A stretch of DNA of 64,000 nucleotides from Acanthaster planci (Eukaryota), in NCBI RefSeq assembly GCF_001949145.1, contig NW_019091358.1, positions 1,364,961-1,428,960 of the forward strand, in the 5' to 3' direction. Both the position numbers and the translations under genes were made by a program. Positions 12,401-23,100 of the stretch are shown here, in pieces (the stretch's first letter is position 1; each line of letters starts with the position of its first letter). Under the pieces are notes generated by a model. It was not told the DNA's origin, ran no database searches, and saw nothing but the letters and a program-made list of their open reading frames with translations.

Positions 12401-15187
12401 GATGGTACTGTTGACACGCTGGCAATGAAAAAAGGGCATTTCTTTAATTCAGGGGAACATGTCACATCCTTATAGATCGAGCTTTGCTTCCTCGTACATA
12501 CAGATCGGTACTTTTTGAAGTTGTAGTGGTAAGGGATGAGCAAAGAAGACATACTTTGTCAGGCAAATTCATGGTCACAGCTCTGGTTGTTTGTTAGATA
12601 ACCGCGACTCATAGGCGCTATGTTTTACCACATTTGACCTAAGATATGCACCCTACCGACACGTACCCCAAAACATTGAAAAGAGTGAAGGCCGTTGCCC
12701 CCCCCTTTGAAATTTTAAATTGTACAAAACCTATGTAATCACTTTTCGGTGCCACCTTCCCCCAAAAAGCATGTGCGCTATACCCAGGTGCCCCAGAGTT
12801 ACTCCTCAGTTTGAGAAGCAACCAATTCCCTAGGATAACGACAAAGTAGAACGTCAGTTCATTAAGACACTTCATTCAGCGTAGCGATTGCCACACACGT
12901 CGACTAAACTGTAAAAAAGGGGGGGTAGCACTAATTAACGTTTTCCGATTTTCAGGTGTACGGGGTGGTGTTTTTCGTAGGAAACGGACCAAGAGGAATT
13001 GTGTTGCATCCATATACGCACGTAACAACTCCTGATGCATATGTACTTGTGTTTTGCAGCTTCCATAATGTCTGAATACACATTCGGGAAAACCACCACA
13101 AGTGTAGGATTGAAATAATCAAACGAGAACAAAAGGAACTTTGACAACTACGACAATATTTTACATCAACTGTGGCGAGTTTCTTACCGGGATGGTTGAT
13201 TCGAAATGTCCTGACCCTCCCCAGCGCCATCATGGCGGTCATCGTGTACCCCCGTAATGGCCGGTGGCCCCAAACTTTGGAAAAAAGTTAAATCGTTGAC
13301 CTTTCCGACTTTTTTTTCGCAACAGAGAATCAAGGAAGTCAACGTAGTCATTGCCATAAGTCTCGGCCAACGGGAAACTGACATGATCGTGACTAAGACG
13401 TTAGAAATGATTCATCGGATCGGGGGTGCAGGAATGCGGCTATGAGATGGAACGGGCCAGGTGGTCGCACATCGTCTGCAAGAAGCAGGATCTTCTGAAA
13501 GATCCGCAGGTCTTCAACTCCACGAACAAGCCGGGCACTCCTAGATAACACATCATCAGTGCCCCCCAGCCCTTAAATTAACCGTCCATAAGTCGTTCAA
13601 AGCCGCCGGAACGATTAGCATGAAGACAGATCAGGCATCGATTCAACGAACGCCGGTTGGTTCATTATGCTATTGGAAGCACACAACTTGGCCAACAATT
13701 TGCAGGTTGAAATTCCACTGGCAATTTTCCAGACACTTCAAGTACGTCTTTCCTATTTCTGTACGCCTATTATTCGCGAAGTAATGGCCCATCTATTCTT
13801 AGACAGTCCATACTTGTTCCATATTCCAGACATGTGAGTAGTACATGTACCATGGAGGTGGTATAAGATCATGGCAGTTTCAGAAAAAAACTGTCAGTGA
13901 TTATCTCTCTCGTCCCCTCTCTATTCAACTTCAATTCAAGTCTATTACGAGCCAACCACAATCGATTCATCTAGTAACAAGCTATTAAACATGGCAGAAA
14001 ATCGTTTCGTCTTTTACGGTACTTATTCAGTACTCCGTGCACGCGGCCCAGCTTTTTTTGTGACTTGATTTGTTAGTAGTAAAGTTAACGCTAACCTAAT
14101 TGAACGGAACTTAATTGCCTTTCTTTCCAAACATTGCTCACATCCTAAGAAGTTTGAAAACTAATTGGCTGTGGCCTTGCGCCTAAGCTATGGGTTTGTA
14201 ACTTCCAATCACCGGGCCAAGGATTCGAATCCAGCAGTGACTTTTTGCCAGGGCAAGTCACCTTATCCGTCAGCTTACTTCTGGAGGGCAGAGAGGGTTA
14301 TCTTTTTTTAGGTTGATCAGCCAGATGATAAAGTCTGAAATGCTGCACTTAGCTCTACAGGGAGCTGAGATATGGTTTTGAGAATACTTCTGTGCATGAT
14401 CAACAAGAATCATGATGACGTGACGCCCTGAGGACTACGGCAGGATACTTGTGGACGTGCACTTATAAGACTTTTATAACACTTATAACACTTTTATGAC
14501 ACTTATAACACTTTTATAAGACTAATTTTGAAGGACATGACCTTTGAAAATCTGTCTTCAACAAAGCACACGGAAATTTGAGATTCGTTAAATCGTTAAG
14601 GGCGAAAATGCTAATTGCATTTTGAAGCAGGGAGTGTTTGAGGGTATGTTAAACTCCTCTTGCCAATAGACAAATCCGATGAGACTCCATTCCGACGGAG
14701 GGACCATTTACTCTCTGGCAGCTGTCTCGACCTGAGCGCGCGCACTTCGGCAATTGACTGTTGGTCAAGGAGAAATTTTGCGCGTACGCACCCCTTGCGT
14801 GCGAACAGGATGGCCCCGTAGTAATAGCTTCTACTTTTGGTCACGCATTACTCGTACCTTTAATATAATTATTTTCCTACCTATGCACATTTTGTCGTCC
14901 CCGTTCGGCAGCCGAGTCACACTAGCGCTGGCCACCGTGAAGGTTGTCGTGTTCCCCGAGGTCGACTTCAGGCAGACGACATTGGATGCTGGGTAAGATG
15001 ACTGGGCTTCCTCGCGTCTCGTCTGTGGAGCAGAACTTCCCCTTGACCGGTAAGGAGCCGACGGGAGAGTGTTACTCTCGCAGCGCGCGGTGGAGAACCC
15101 GGGATCAGAGGGGAATTCCCGCCGCAGGTCCCTCGTGGGGTAAGTCTCATAAAGCAAGTCTGGGACACTCCGCCAAGGTCCAACCAT
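3359..15187 (-). CDS. PLAC8/cornifelin-family cysteine-rich protein, spliced model: complement(join(3359..3463,4394..4533,4929..4983,12336..12418,13188..13274,14881..15187)), 258 aa. A shorter 145-aa form is possible from the ATG at 13242.
   Basis: Hand translation gives ...EPITRQPQP...VASDWSTDLFGCMEDEHTCLLGAVCSPCLACSLARQLGESCFVVTCVPGGIFALRTKLRMQQNIEGSICNDCLTVCCCCPLALCQMARELD...RLG*. This has the typical PLAC8 motifs (WST-LF-C--D, C-PCLAC, LRT-LR---NI-GSICNDC, C-LCQMARE). All introns are GT-AG and phases match (1,1,0,1,0). The three 3' exons are high confidence and the 5' exons are weaker. Confidence 0.85.
4394..4533 (-). CDS. PLAC8/cornifelin internal exon
   Basis: cag|(C)LLGAVCSPCLACSLARQLGESCFVVTCVPGGIFALRTKLRMQQNIE|gtcaga. 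Confidence 0.95.
4929..4983 (-). CDS. PLAC8/cornifelin internal exon
   Basis: cag|VASDWSTDLFGCMEDEHT(C)|gtaagc. Confidence 0.93.
5041..5318. mobile_element. MITE
   Basis: TIR cgagggcggatc / gatccgcccttg; similar flanks agatagg/aaatagg. Confidence 0.7.
5637..5855. mobile_element. hAT-like MITE
   Basis: Exact 8-bp TSD ggtgcata (5629-5636 and 5856-5863); CAG...CTG termini. Confidence 0.75.
6481..7830 (+). pseudogene. Degraded TTC22-like tetratricopeptide-repeat gene, antisense within a cornifelin intron
   Basis: Colinear fragments VGHFNLSLLCN...PERHVIHNLPG* (TAG 6655), EDPENTNALANRNF, DNPEECVR*ALKMSPDSPHILSRLAIF (TAG 7326), NLHAYSIRATICI and MLAEIYLHLAE...LHIARGRCFCFIGQYRRARES follow the order of TTC22 motifs as I recall them (GHFxL..N, P.NLNAWAN, PILNRLAKIF, NWQAYCTRAKI, L.RGKCL..G). 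There are several stops and frameshifts. Confidence 0.7.
9350..9750. mobile_element. hAT-like foldback MITE
   Basis: TIR cagtgatgtagtcgagtacttt / aaagtactcgactacaacactg, exact 8-bp TSD cgtatcgg, and internal arms 9436-9490 and 9611-9664 that are also inverted. Confidence 0.9.
12336..12418 (-). CDS. PLAC8/cornifelin upstream exon
   Basis: tttcattgccag|(A)CQQYHLRRLEPITRQPQPKMSRPQYIK|gtgagc. The PITRQP motif resembles cornifelin N-termini, and the phase-0 exit matches the next exon. Confidence 0.8.
13188..13274 (-). CDS. PLAC8/cornifelin probable upstream exon (phase 1-1; contains ATG 13242)
   Basis: ttttttccaaag|(V)WGHRPLRGYTMTAMMALGRVRTFRINHP|gtaaga. Confidence 0.6.
14167..14522 (+). mobile_element. 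tRNA-derived SINE
   Basis: A-box-like gtggccttgcgc, B-box-like ggattcgaatcc, CORE-like gggcaagtcacctt, and a 3' tail of (acttataac)n repeats. Confidence 0.6.
14881..15187 (-). CDS. Candidate first coding exon of the PLAC8/cornifelin gene
   Basis: GC-rich open frame MVGPWRSVPDLLYETYPTRDLRREF...GDDKMCI with a phase-1 donor G|gtagga. It lies just downstream (minus strand) of the promoter-like motif cluster. Confidence 0.45.
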
Positions 15188-15299
15188 TATTGTCACCTCT
15201 CCAAGAGAACCAAACAAACCAAGGCAGACACGAATCCTGACGTCAACTTTGCGGTCACCAGGGCCTCGCTACGTCCCTTCAAATAAACATGCTCCCTCA

Positions 15300-15500
15300 G
15301 TCAGTAAAACCCACCTCTGAACTTTGCAAGAAGATTAGTCGGCCATTTTAATTGTCGGCTTTCCGGTACCCCTCCCGGTTTCTAGTCACGTGTTGCCAAC
15401 GCTTCTGTTGGAACGTTCCAGAGTTTAATCCTTTCCGGAAATCCGTCGTTGTCGGTCGGCACTGCGCAGCGCTCGTTGCCTTATCACATTGGACATTCTA
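15300..15500. promoter_or_regulatory. Putative CpG-rich (possibly bidirectional) promoter between the divergent genes
   Basis: YY1-like AAAATGGCCG on the minus strand (about 15340-15349), ETS-like TTCCGG (15361, 15433), E-box CACGTG (15387), TGCGCA (about 15463) and reverse CCAAT (about 15488), in locally CpG-rich sequence. Confidence 0.45.
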
Positions 15501-17629
15501 CCATTAACAGACGAATATTAAAATGAGAAAAGGAAGCTTGGGCATCGGTGTATTTTTAACAGCAGCTTGATTTTAACAGTGATGACTAATGGGGGGTCCT
15601 AATATATCTCAATTTAAGAGCCGTGTTGACTGTCTTTAATGCATGGTACATCTTAGGCAGAAAACCTAATTTGGGTCTACATTGCTCAAGTTCTGTCCAA
15701 CTTCGTCAACATGAAGAAGGCTACATGTAACCATTTCCCGGAATGTAGCTGATTACGTATAGAATGGCTAGAGATCTTGAGCTGAACATATAGTCCATCA
15801 GCAACTATGTGGGTATGACGAAACCATTCTCTTTTATGAGACCTTCAGACCCGCAATTATGATCCTCAGACTTTTTTGGCCTTTATCGGCACTGGAAATT
15901 ATGTTTCAGTCCCTGAGTCTAATCCTGATTGATTGTTTAGAGAAGCTTGGGGTCAGCGTAAATTCTAGCCACGTGACCCTAGTTTTCAAAAGGATTAGAT
16001 TAGATTTGTAGATTTGGCTCAATTTGTAGATTTTGGTGTGAACGGGTCTTGGACTGGACGAAATGCATACAGAATTATTACCTCCAAAAATCTAATTCAC
16101 CAAAATAGCTTCCAAAATATTTGCACTGTATATTGGTTTGATAAAAAACGGGCGTGTAACAGTGATATAGCGCAGAACCCCCGGAGAATAAAAGAAAAAT
16201 AGAAACGGACAATGTGTGTTCCTGATGACTTGTTTCAAAAATACCTCATACGCGGACCTTCTTTTAAATAAGAAAATGGCACACGGGTAAGTCTGGCTGG
16301 AGCACTTATAAGATTACTTACAAAGGCTGTGGCGAGAAAATGAAAAATGAAATTGAGGTTATGTTGCAACTGCCAAAATTTAGTAGAGCAATCGATTATA
16401 GGCACTACGCATCGTCTGAATATTCGTTTTCAGTAAAAAAGAATACCCCCCCCCCATCTGAGAACTGGATACACCACTGTGCGCAGCGGGCAAGGGGAAA
16501 ATAGGCCTACACGATAAATTTGATTAATTTTGGCGTCTACGACGGTTAGTACAAGCACTGTACGACACCAGCTGAATTCTTTAGCACTGACATTAACCTG
16601 CACAATTAAGGGCTGATCCAGAACATAGTTTTTGAAGGGGGTTCCAACTATAATGGAGGTTGTCTTTATATATGTTATCTTCATTATTGGCTTTCTCGAT
16701 CAGTTGTGAGGATAAATTTCGTGTTTTTCTACACGCCGCAGTGAGGAAAGGAAAGGAAATATTGTCTTGGGTCAAAACTAGCTGACTGTAGGGGATGTGG
16801 AAAGGGAACCTCAAGAAGTTCCCCAAAGCGGCAAAGATATTAGCAGTGTCTCCTCTTCAAGTTGGTCACCACATCTTGAGTAGGCCATGCGTGCTTTCAG
16901 CTGACTGCAGTTCAACGAGGGAAAATAGCTCCAGATGGTATGCGAGAAAACAGTACTTTGACAGTGGCATGCATTACTGTCCCCAATTCTTAACAAGGAC
17001 ATATTACAGAAAAACCCACTACTGGCAAAATATAGACCTATATATAACAATATACAACATGTACCAACCAAACATTTCTGACACTGCAGGGTCCATGCGA
17101 TATGCGTAGGTAAATCAGTTTCACGTTTCACTCAGAACGTGCAGGAACACGAACCAGTTAAGCACCCAAAACCCTTGATATCGGGGTCTAAATGAGAAGT
17201 CGAAACTTACTTCAAAATACGTCGCGGACCCCTCCCCCTGGCTCATATCAGCATGGATCCCACTCGAGTGATATTGCAGTCAGCGGCGTAGCCAGGATTC
17301 CTAGCACGGGGGGGCGAGCGGGGGGCTTCACGCTTGAATTAATGTTGGACATACATGTACATAATGATCGCGATTACATCAGGGTATGCATGTTTTCGTT
17401 TCCGAAATGCACGTGGGGGGCGACGATTTTTCATTGGGGGTGTGCGCCCCATGAGATTGATTCCATGGTGACGTACCCGCAAACCCATTTCTCTCACAAA
17501 ATATTGCACGTTAGCCGTGTTAGTCTTTCCTCGAGGCTCGAGGGCCATTATGCGTGCCGCGTGAGTGAGCTTCAATAGTTACGCTTCGCGGGGTGTACAT
17601 GTACGTGTGCAAAAGCGTCCACATAACTG

Positions 17630-17788
17630 GGTGTGCATGTACATGTACGTGCACATGTACGTGTACGTGCACATGTACGTGTACGTGCACATGTACGTGT
17701 ACGTGCACATGTACGTGCACATGTACGTGCACATGTACATGTACGTGCACATGTACATGTACGTGCACATGTACATGTACGTACGCAC
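17630..17788. repeat. Alternating purine-pyrimidine microsatellite (catgta/cgtgca/cgtgta hexamers)
   Basis: gtgtgcatgtacatgtacgtgcacatgtacgtgtacgtgcac..., about 160 bp. Confidence 0.95.
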
Positions 17789-19916
17789 AACTGATGCTCA
17801 CTTACGGAGCTCCGTGCGCAACTGAAAGCAGGTTGTTACATGCATCTTTAATTAATAGCCGAAGGCATGTACATGTACATGTGCGGTACATCATGTACAA
17901 GTGGCCACTGTGAACGTGATTGTTCTTCATGCGCCAGCTTGCTTAGTTGTTAAAATTACCGACAACGGCAAAGGTACGTGAGCTGCCCCCACGCACCATT
18001 TTAGCTGTGACTGCTTTAACGTTTGACTCCATCCAACTTCAACCCTCGGGTGCTACCTAGCCATGTTAGCTATTTGGCATTTATACCTCCATGCATCGCT
18101 TCTTGTTGGGAACGTGGAAGAAAGATCCCCATACACGTACATGGACATCACATTTTACCCTGTGCATACACCCTACGAGACTGGTTTGAAAAATTGTGTT
18201 TTCTGAAGTGAATACTTCAACAGTTTTACTGCTAAATTTGACTTTTAGGACATTTTGTGCTTTTAAATGGCTAGCCTACTAGTACTAGTAGTAGATGGCC
18301 TAGTACATGTTGGTCACTTCAGGGAAAGATTTGTTGCATCTGTGCCATGTAGGTGAGTTCTCCCCATACAGGCCATAACCAGTACTCTTGCCCTTTTTAG
18401 GAAAAGGAAAACATAGGAGGTGTCAGTTGTGATTGATCAGGTGATCACACAGTGACAGTTATTGAGAGTGCATGCCAGCTAGCGCTACTTGGAGTACTGA
18501 TTTTCTGTAGTCTGGATGGGCAAATTGCTTCAGAATTTCACCACTTTAATGAGGATATAACTTATAAGGTGAATAAACCTTGTGGGGAAATATGCAATAT
18601 CAAGCAATTTACAGATGCCCAGTTTAGGCACGTATTGATGACAGTATTTGTCAACAAAATGGGTCCAAAGAATGTTTGCCCAAGAAACGGGAGGAATTGT
18701 TCTAATGATCATGGCAGCTACATGTACCAGACATTAGTCAAAATAGCCGGTATTTTCTGGTCTTGGAACTAGACCAATCCCAAGCTACATAGTCTCAGCA
18801 GCACCTAGGACTGAGGGCTATAATGTCTTAATCATTAAACACACACTACCCTGGCCGGCTATCAATTGTGCCCAGGCCATTATTGTTAGGAAAGTTGACA
18901 ACAAATTTAGAGACAAAAACTACAACATTTTGTCCCCCACAATATCAACATGTATGGTTCAACACTGGTGTCCCTAAAACCATTTGTCATGAAAGGTTTA
19001 AATAACTTTCCTCTTTCATTAAAATTCCAGGGCATGAAGCGAGCTAGGGCAAACAGCACTGATCGTGCACAGAAGCGCAGATGTGGGGATTTAGCCTCCC
19101 AGCCCAAATATGGTAACAAGATGCCGTTTTTTGTGTGAATTTCCAAGGTGTAAGGCAACCAAGTCCCCAAGTTTTAACGGTCTTAGTGATCAGTGTAAAC
19201 CTTACAAATTCATTTGAACCATCTCAAGGCCGTTCCCTAGTCTGAGTGTCCTTCGTTGTTCACTGGATCCCGCAGCTGCAAAACAGCATGTGACGTGTGC
19301 GCACACAATTTATGTGATCCCTTGTGCTAGCCACTACGAGCTGACTTTTATAAACTGTGGCATCATTTTGTGCAGAAATCTGCTCAAGGTTGTTGATCAT
19401 TCATAGGTGTCAGCTGACCATACTTTGCCATCAGGTGACTAGATCAGCTGATAGGTAGCCTCCATGAAGGTGTAATCAAGAGGGTTTTAGGCCTTGTTAA
19501 TGTGCTTTTCTTTAGTTTTGGATGACAAATATCAGTACTTATGTACAAATACTGTATGGACCAACATCAGCTCAACTGAATGTCCAGCCAGACTGCATGG
19601 TCCAACATGCAAACGGAGCCAGGCATGGATCTGTGCCTCCCATATTTTTCTTTACGCCATTAAACTTGCTCTAACTGAAGGCCCAAAATGCATGTCTGCG
19701 TAACTGTCAAAAACTAGGACTCAAGCATCATTAATCAGCTAATATGCACAGATATCATAAATACATCTGCAATTGAGCATCCAGTACACAGATTAACCAT
19801 CTGTATGTACCATGTCTCAATTCTGTAAGTTTATATACCTAAACTTATCAACAGTACTGACCTATCTTAGCGCTTTACCAGTACATGGTTGCATTCTGAT
19901 GATGTTACCCTTGCAG

Positions 19917-20108
19917 CCAGTGACGCAGTTCAGTCTGCGTCCACGCTGAAACCAAAGAGGGTGTCTGAGAGAATTGCAACCAGACAGAAATTAGCACTGG
20001 CGGCTGGAGTGGGCCATCGTCCCAAGGTTGCCGGCAAGGCAGAGCAGCATCGCAAGCTGGTGGCCGCAGTCAGGGAGAGCATCAAACCCGTGGAGACAGC
20101 CAAGGAAG
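19917..20108 (+). CDS. ANK-WGR-PARP exon, N-terminal basic region
   Basis: ttgcag|SDAVQSASTLKPKRVSERIATRQK...VETAKE|gttggt; phase 1-1. Confidence 0.7.
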
Positions 20109-23100
20109 GTTGGTCCAAGACCATTCCTGGTGCCCCATGGTCTGAAAGTTTGTTCACCCCAGTTGCCCCAGATCAATACCAAATCCACCGACGGCCTCTA
20201 GAAGTTACATATAAATTGGAAAAATGACACTGTACGGCTTTGCCCAAATATTTTTATAAAGCATCGCTCACTAATTTCAAGCCGTTGATGTCTACTCATT
20301 GAAGACAACACAGCAATTCTGTTTGCGCATACTCTGTCAGTTTCTAATCTTTACGAGTGTACAAATGTTTGTAATCATCGGTTTCATTCATTAGTGCCAA
20401 ATACAACATTCTTATGCAGCACTTAACGCCGACACAAACAGCGGTTCAAATTTTTTGTGTTATTTCGCCGTAGATGCGAAGAAACCGCCTGCCAAGGCGA
20501 AGAGTAATATTGCAGCTTCCAAGGCCAAACCACGAGCAGCTAGAACAAGCGCTCTTAAGGAAGGGAACAAGGAGGCAAGGAAATCAAAGAAAGACGTGGT
20601 AAAGAAAAAGGAAGGGACAAGCCATAAGAAAAGTAAAGAAGTGAAGAAGAAAAAAGAGAAGAAAGAAAAGAAAAGTAAGAAAAAAAGCAAAAAGAAAAGT
20701 GAGGACAGAACAAAGACAAAAAGCCAAAAGAAACGTGAGGACAGAACAAAGACAAAAAGCCAAAAGAAAAGTGAGGACGGAACAAAGACAAAAAGCCAAA
20801 AGAAAAGTGAGGACAAAACAAAGACAAAAAGCAAAAAGAAAAGTGAGGACGGAACAAAGACAAAAAGCAAAAAGAAAAGTGAGGACGGAACAAAGACAAA
20901 AAGCCAAAAGAAAAGTGAGGACGGAACAAAGACAAAAAGCCAAAAGAAAAGTGAGGACAAAACAAAGACAAAAAGCCAAAAGAAAAGTGAGGACAAAACA
21001 AAGACAAAAAGCCAAAAGAAAAGTGAGGACAAAACAAAGACAAAAAGCCAAAAGAAACGTGAGGACAAAATAACGACCAAAAAGAAACGTGAGGACAAGA
21101 AAACAGAAGAAGTCCAGAAACGGAAGACAAAGAAGGATGAGCTGAATGAGAGGCGAGCACGGGTCAAGGTTGTGCCAAATGACCAGCTAACCCCAAACCC
21201 TAACATCAAGGTGGTGCCAAAGGACCCCATGTTTGAGGTCAAGTAAGTGCAACCCATGGAATGGACTTTCTGCTAGACTCAGCCCTCAGCAATAAAAATT
21301 CAAAGAGTATTTCTTAAAGATACTATGTGGTATTTCAGCCGTGTCTGTGCTTTTGGCATTCCTTTAAATGGGGGAGGCGGCATTTGGCCTAGTGCTTAGT
21401 GTTTGTAACTTCTGATGGTAGGGTTGGGGGTTCGAAACCAGCTGGTGTCAGCATGTTATGATCTTAGTTTTGTCACTATACCCCTACGTGCCTCTCCACC
21501 CAAGAGTAAATGGGTACCTGTGAGTCTGAGGATAGATATGGTTATTACCTTTAGCTGTATACTCAGCTGTATGGTCTCAGAAATGTTCAGATGTTGTGAG
21601 CCCAATTTGCAGTGAAAATGATAATATATTGGCAGCTTTGAATGACAGATACTGTGAGATACTATGCACCTGATAAATGCTTTGATATTATTAAAATTGA
21701 TACTTTCACAGATTGTTGCATTCTGTTGAATATTTCAATCAAGAGTGAAGCACAAATGCCACTTCCTATGTGGGATNNNNNNNNNNNNNNNNNNNNNNNN
21801 NNNNNNNNNNNNNNNNNNNNNNNNNNNNNNNNNNNNNNNNNNNNNNNNNNNNNNNNNNNNNNNNNNNNNNNNNNGGTGTTCACCAAATGACCCAAAGAGT
21901 GACTTCAGGAGGGTTAGTAGGAGCATAGAGCTACAAACCCATTTGTAGCTCTATGGTAGGAGGGTTTTAATCTCCTTTTTAACTTGTCAGGAATCTGCCT
22001 TTCCACTGTGTTCTTTTTATGTAGCCCAACCTCTTAACTGTGGTACTTCGGCTAGTAGTTACATTCATGAGCAATCAGTGCAGAAAGTATGAGATTTGAA
22101 AAGAATTTAGAGTTTATGACAACTTTGTATCTGTCACTCACACTTGCTTGATGGAGAATATCCCTTTTTCCACAAATGTATTCTTTTGTAATCCTTTCAA
22201 TGCTAAGAAATGAGAAGGAGATCCCTGAGGTGTCCACGTTTGTCCAGTGCAAGCGCAGCATCCGGGCCGTGCTGACCAATGACATGAACCTCCTCAAGAA
22301 GCTGATCGAGGACAGGGACCTGCCCTCTGTCTTCCACAAACGGGGTGTTGACGTTCCGAGGACGGCTCTTGATTACGCAGTGAGGACTGAGAACCATGCT
22401 GCCCTGAAGCTGCTGCTCACAGAGATCGACAGTGGAAGAGAGCGGGCCAGTCTGCCAGAGGTTGTCATGAAATACCAGAGCTCTGGCAGGTAAGGGACAG
22501 ATTATCTACAATGTGAATTGTCCAACACTTTATCCAGAACAAGTCAACTAGACTCCTCCATTTCTGCAAAACTTAAGGTTGTCTTTTGGTAGTTCCTTTT
22601 CTGTTTCCCACATAAGACCCTTGACTGTTTGTCACCTTCGTAGGGTGGCTTTCTCAAGTTCTGGTCACCAATCAAGAAACATTTTCCTTGGTCGAGGAAA
22701 CAAGGAAGGAAATAATGCCTTCACAAAAGTAAGTACAGTCTTCAACAAACCCATTACAAACACTATCCGTACAAATTTAGTTCATCACAACCTTAACCCA
22801 ATACAAGCCAACGTATCCCAATTACCCAGTCCCACCTCCACCAACCACATGCACCCTCAGCCAACACCAAGCCAGCCCAACCCCGCTCAATGCCCCAGCC
22901 GAACTCCCCTCCAACTTGGCCCACCCTGGTTCAGCCCCAGCCAACTTGCCATCACAACCCAGCTCAAGCCGATTTGACCCAATCCCAATTCATCGCAGGC
23001 AACCAAATCTAACTTGGCACGGTTTATCCAGGCCCAACCAAACCCAAGTTGATGTCCAGACTCGTCCTTGGCAACCTTAAAGGAAGACTGTCTTTACTGG

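Noticed and set aside
17520..17913. HVHVHV / CTCTCT / MYMYV ORFs
   Set aside because: These are translations of the RY microsatellite.
20692..21051. 36-bp periodicity as a possible CRISPR array
   Set aside because: The units are head-to-tail with no unique spacers, the context is a eukaryotic exon, and there are no cas genes.
20460..21257. Long antisense and alternative-frame ORFs (Phe/Leu/Ser-rich, membrane-like)
   Set aside because: They are shadows of the A-rich 36-bp coding repeat. Only the plus Lys-rich frame has in-phase splice sites.
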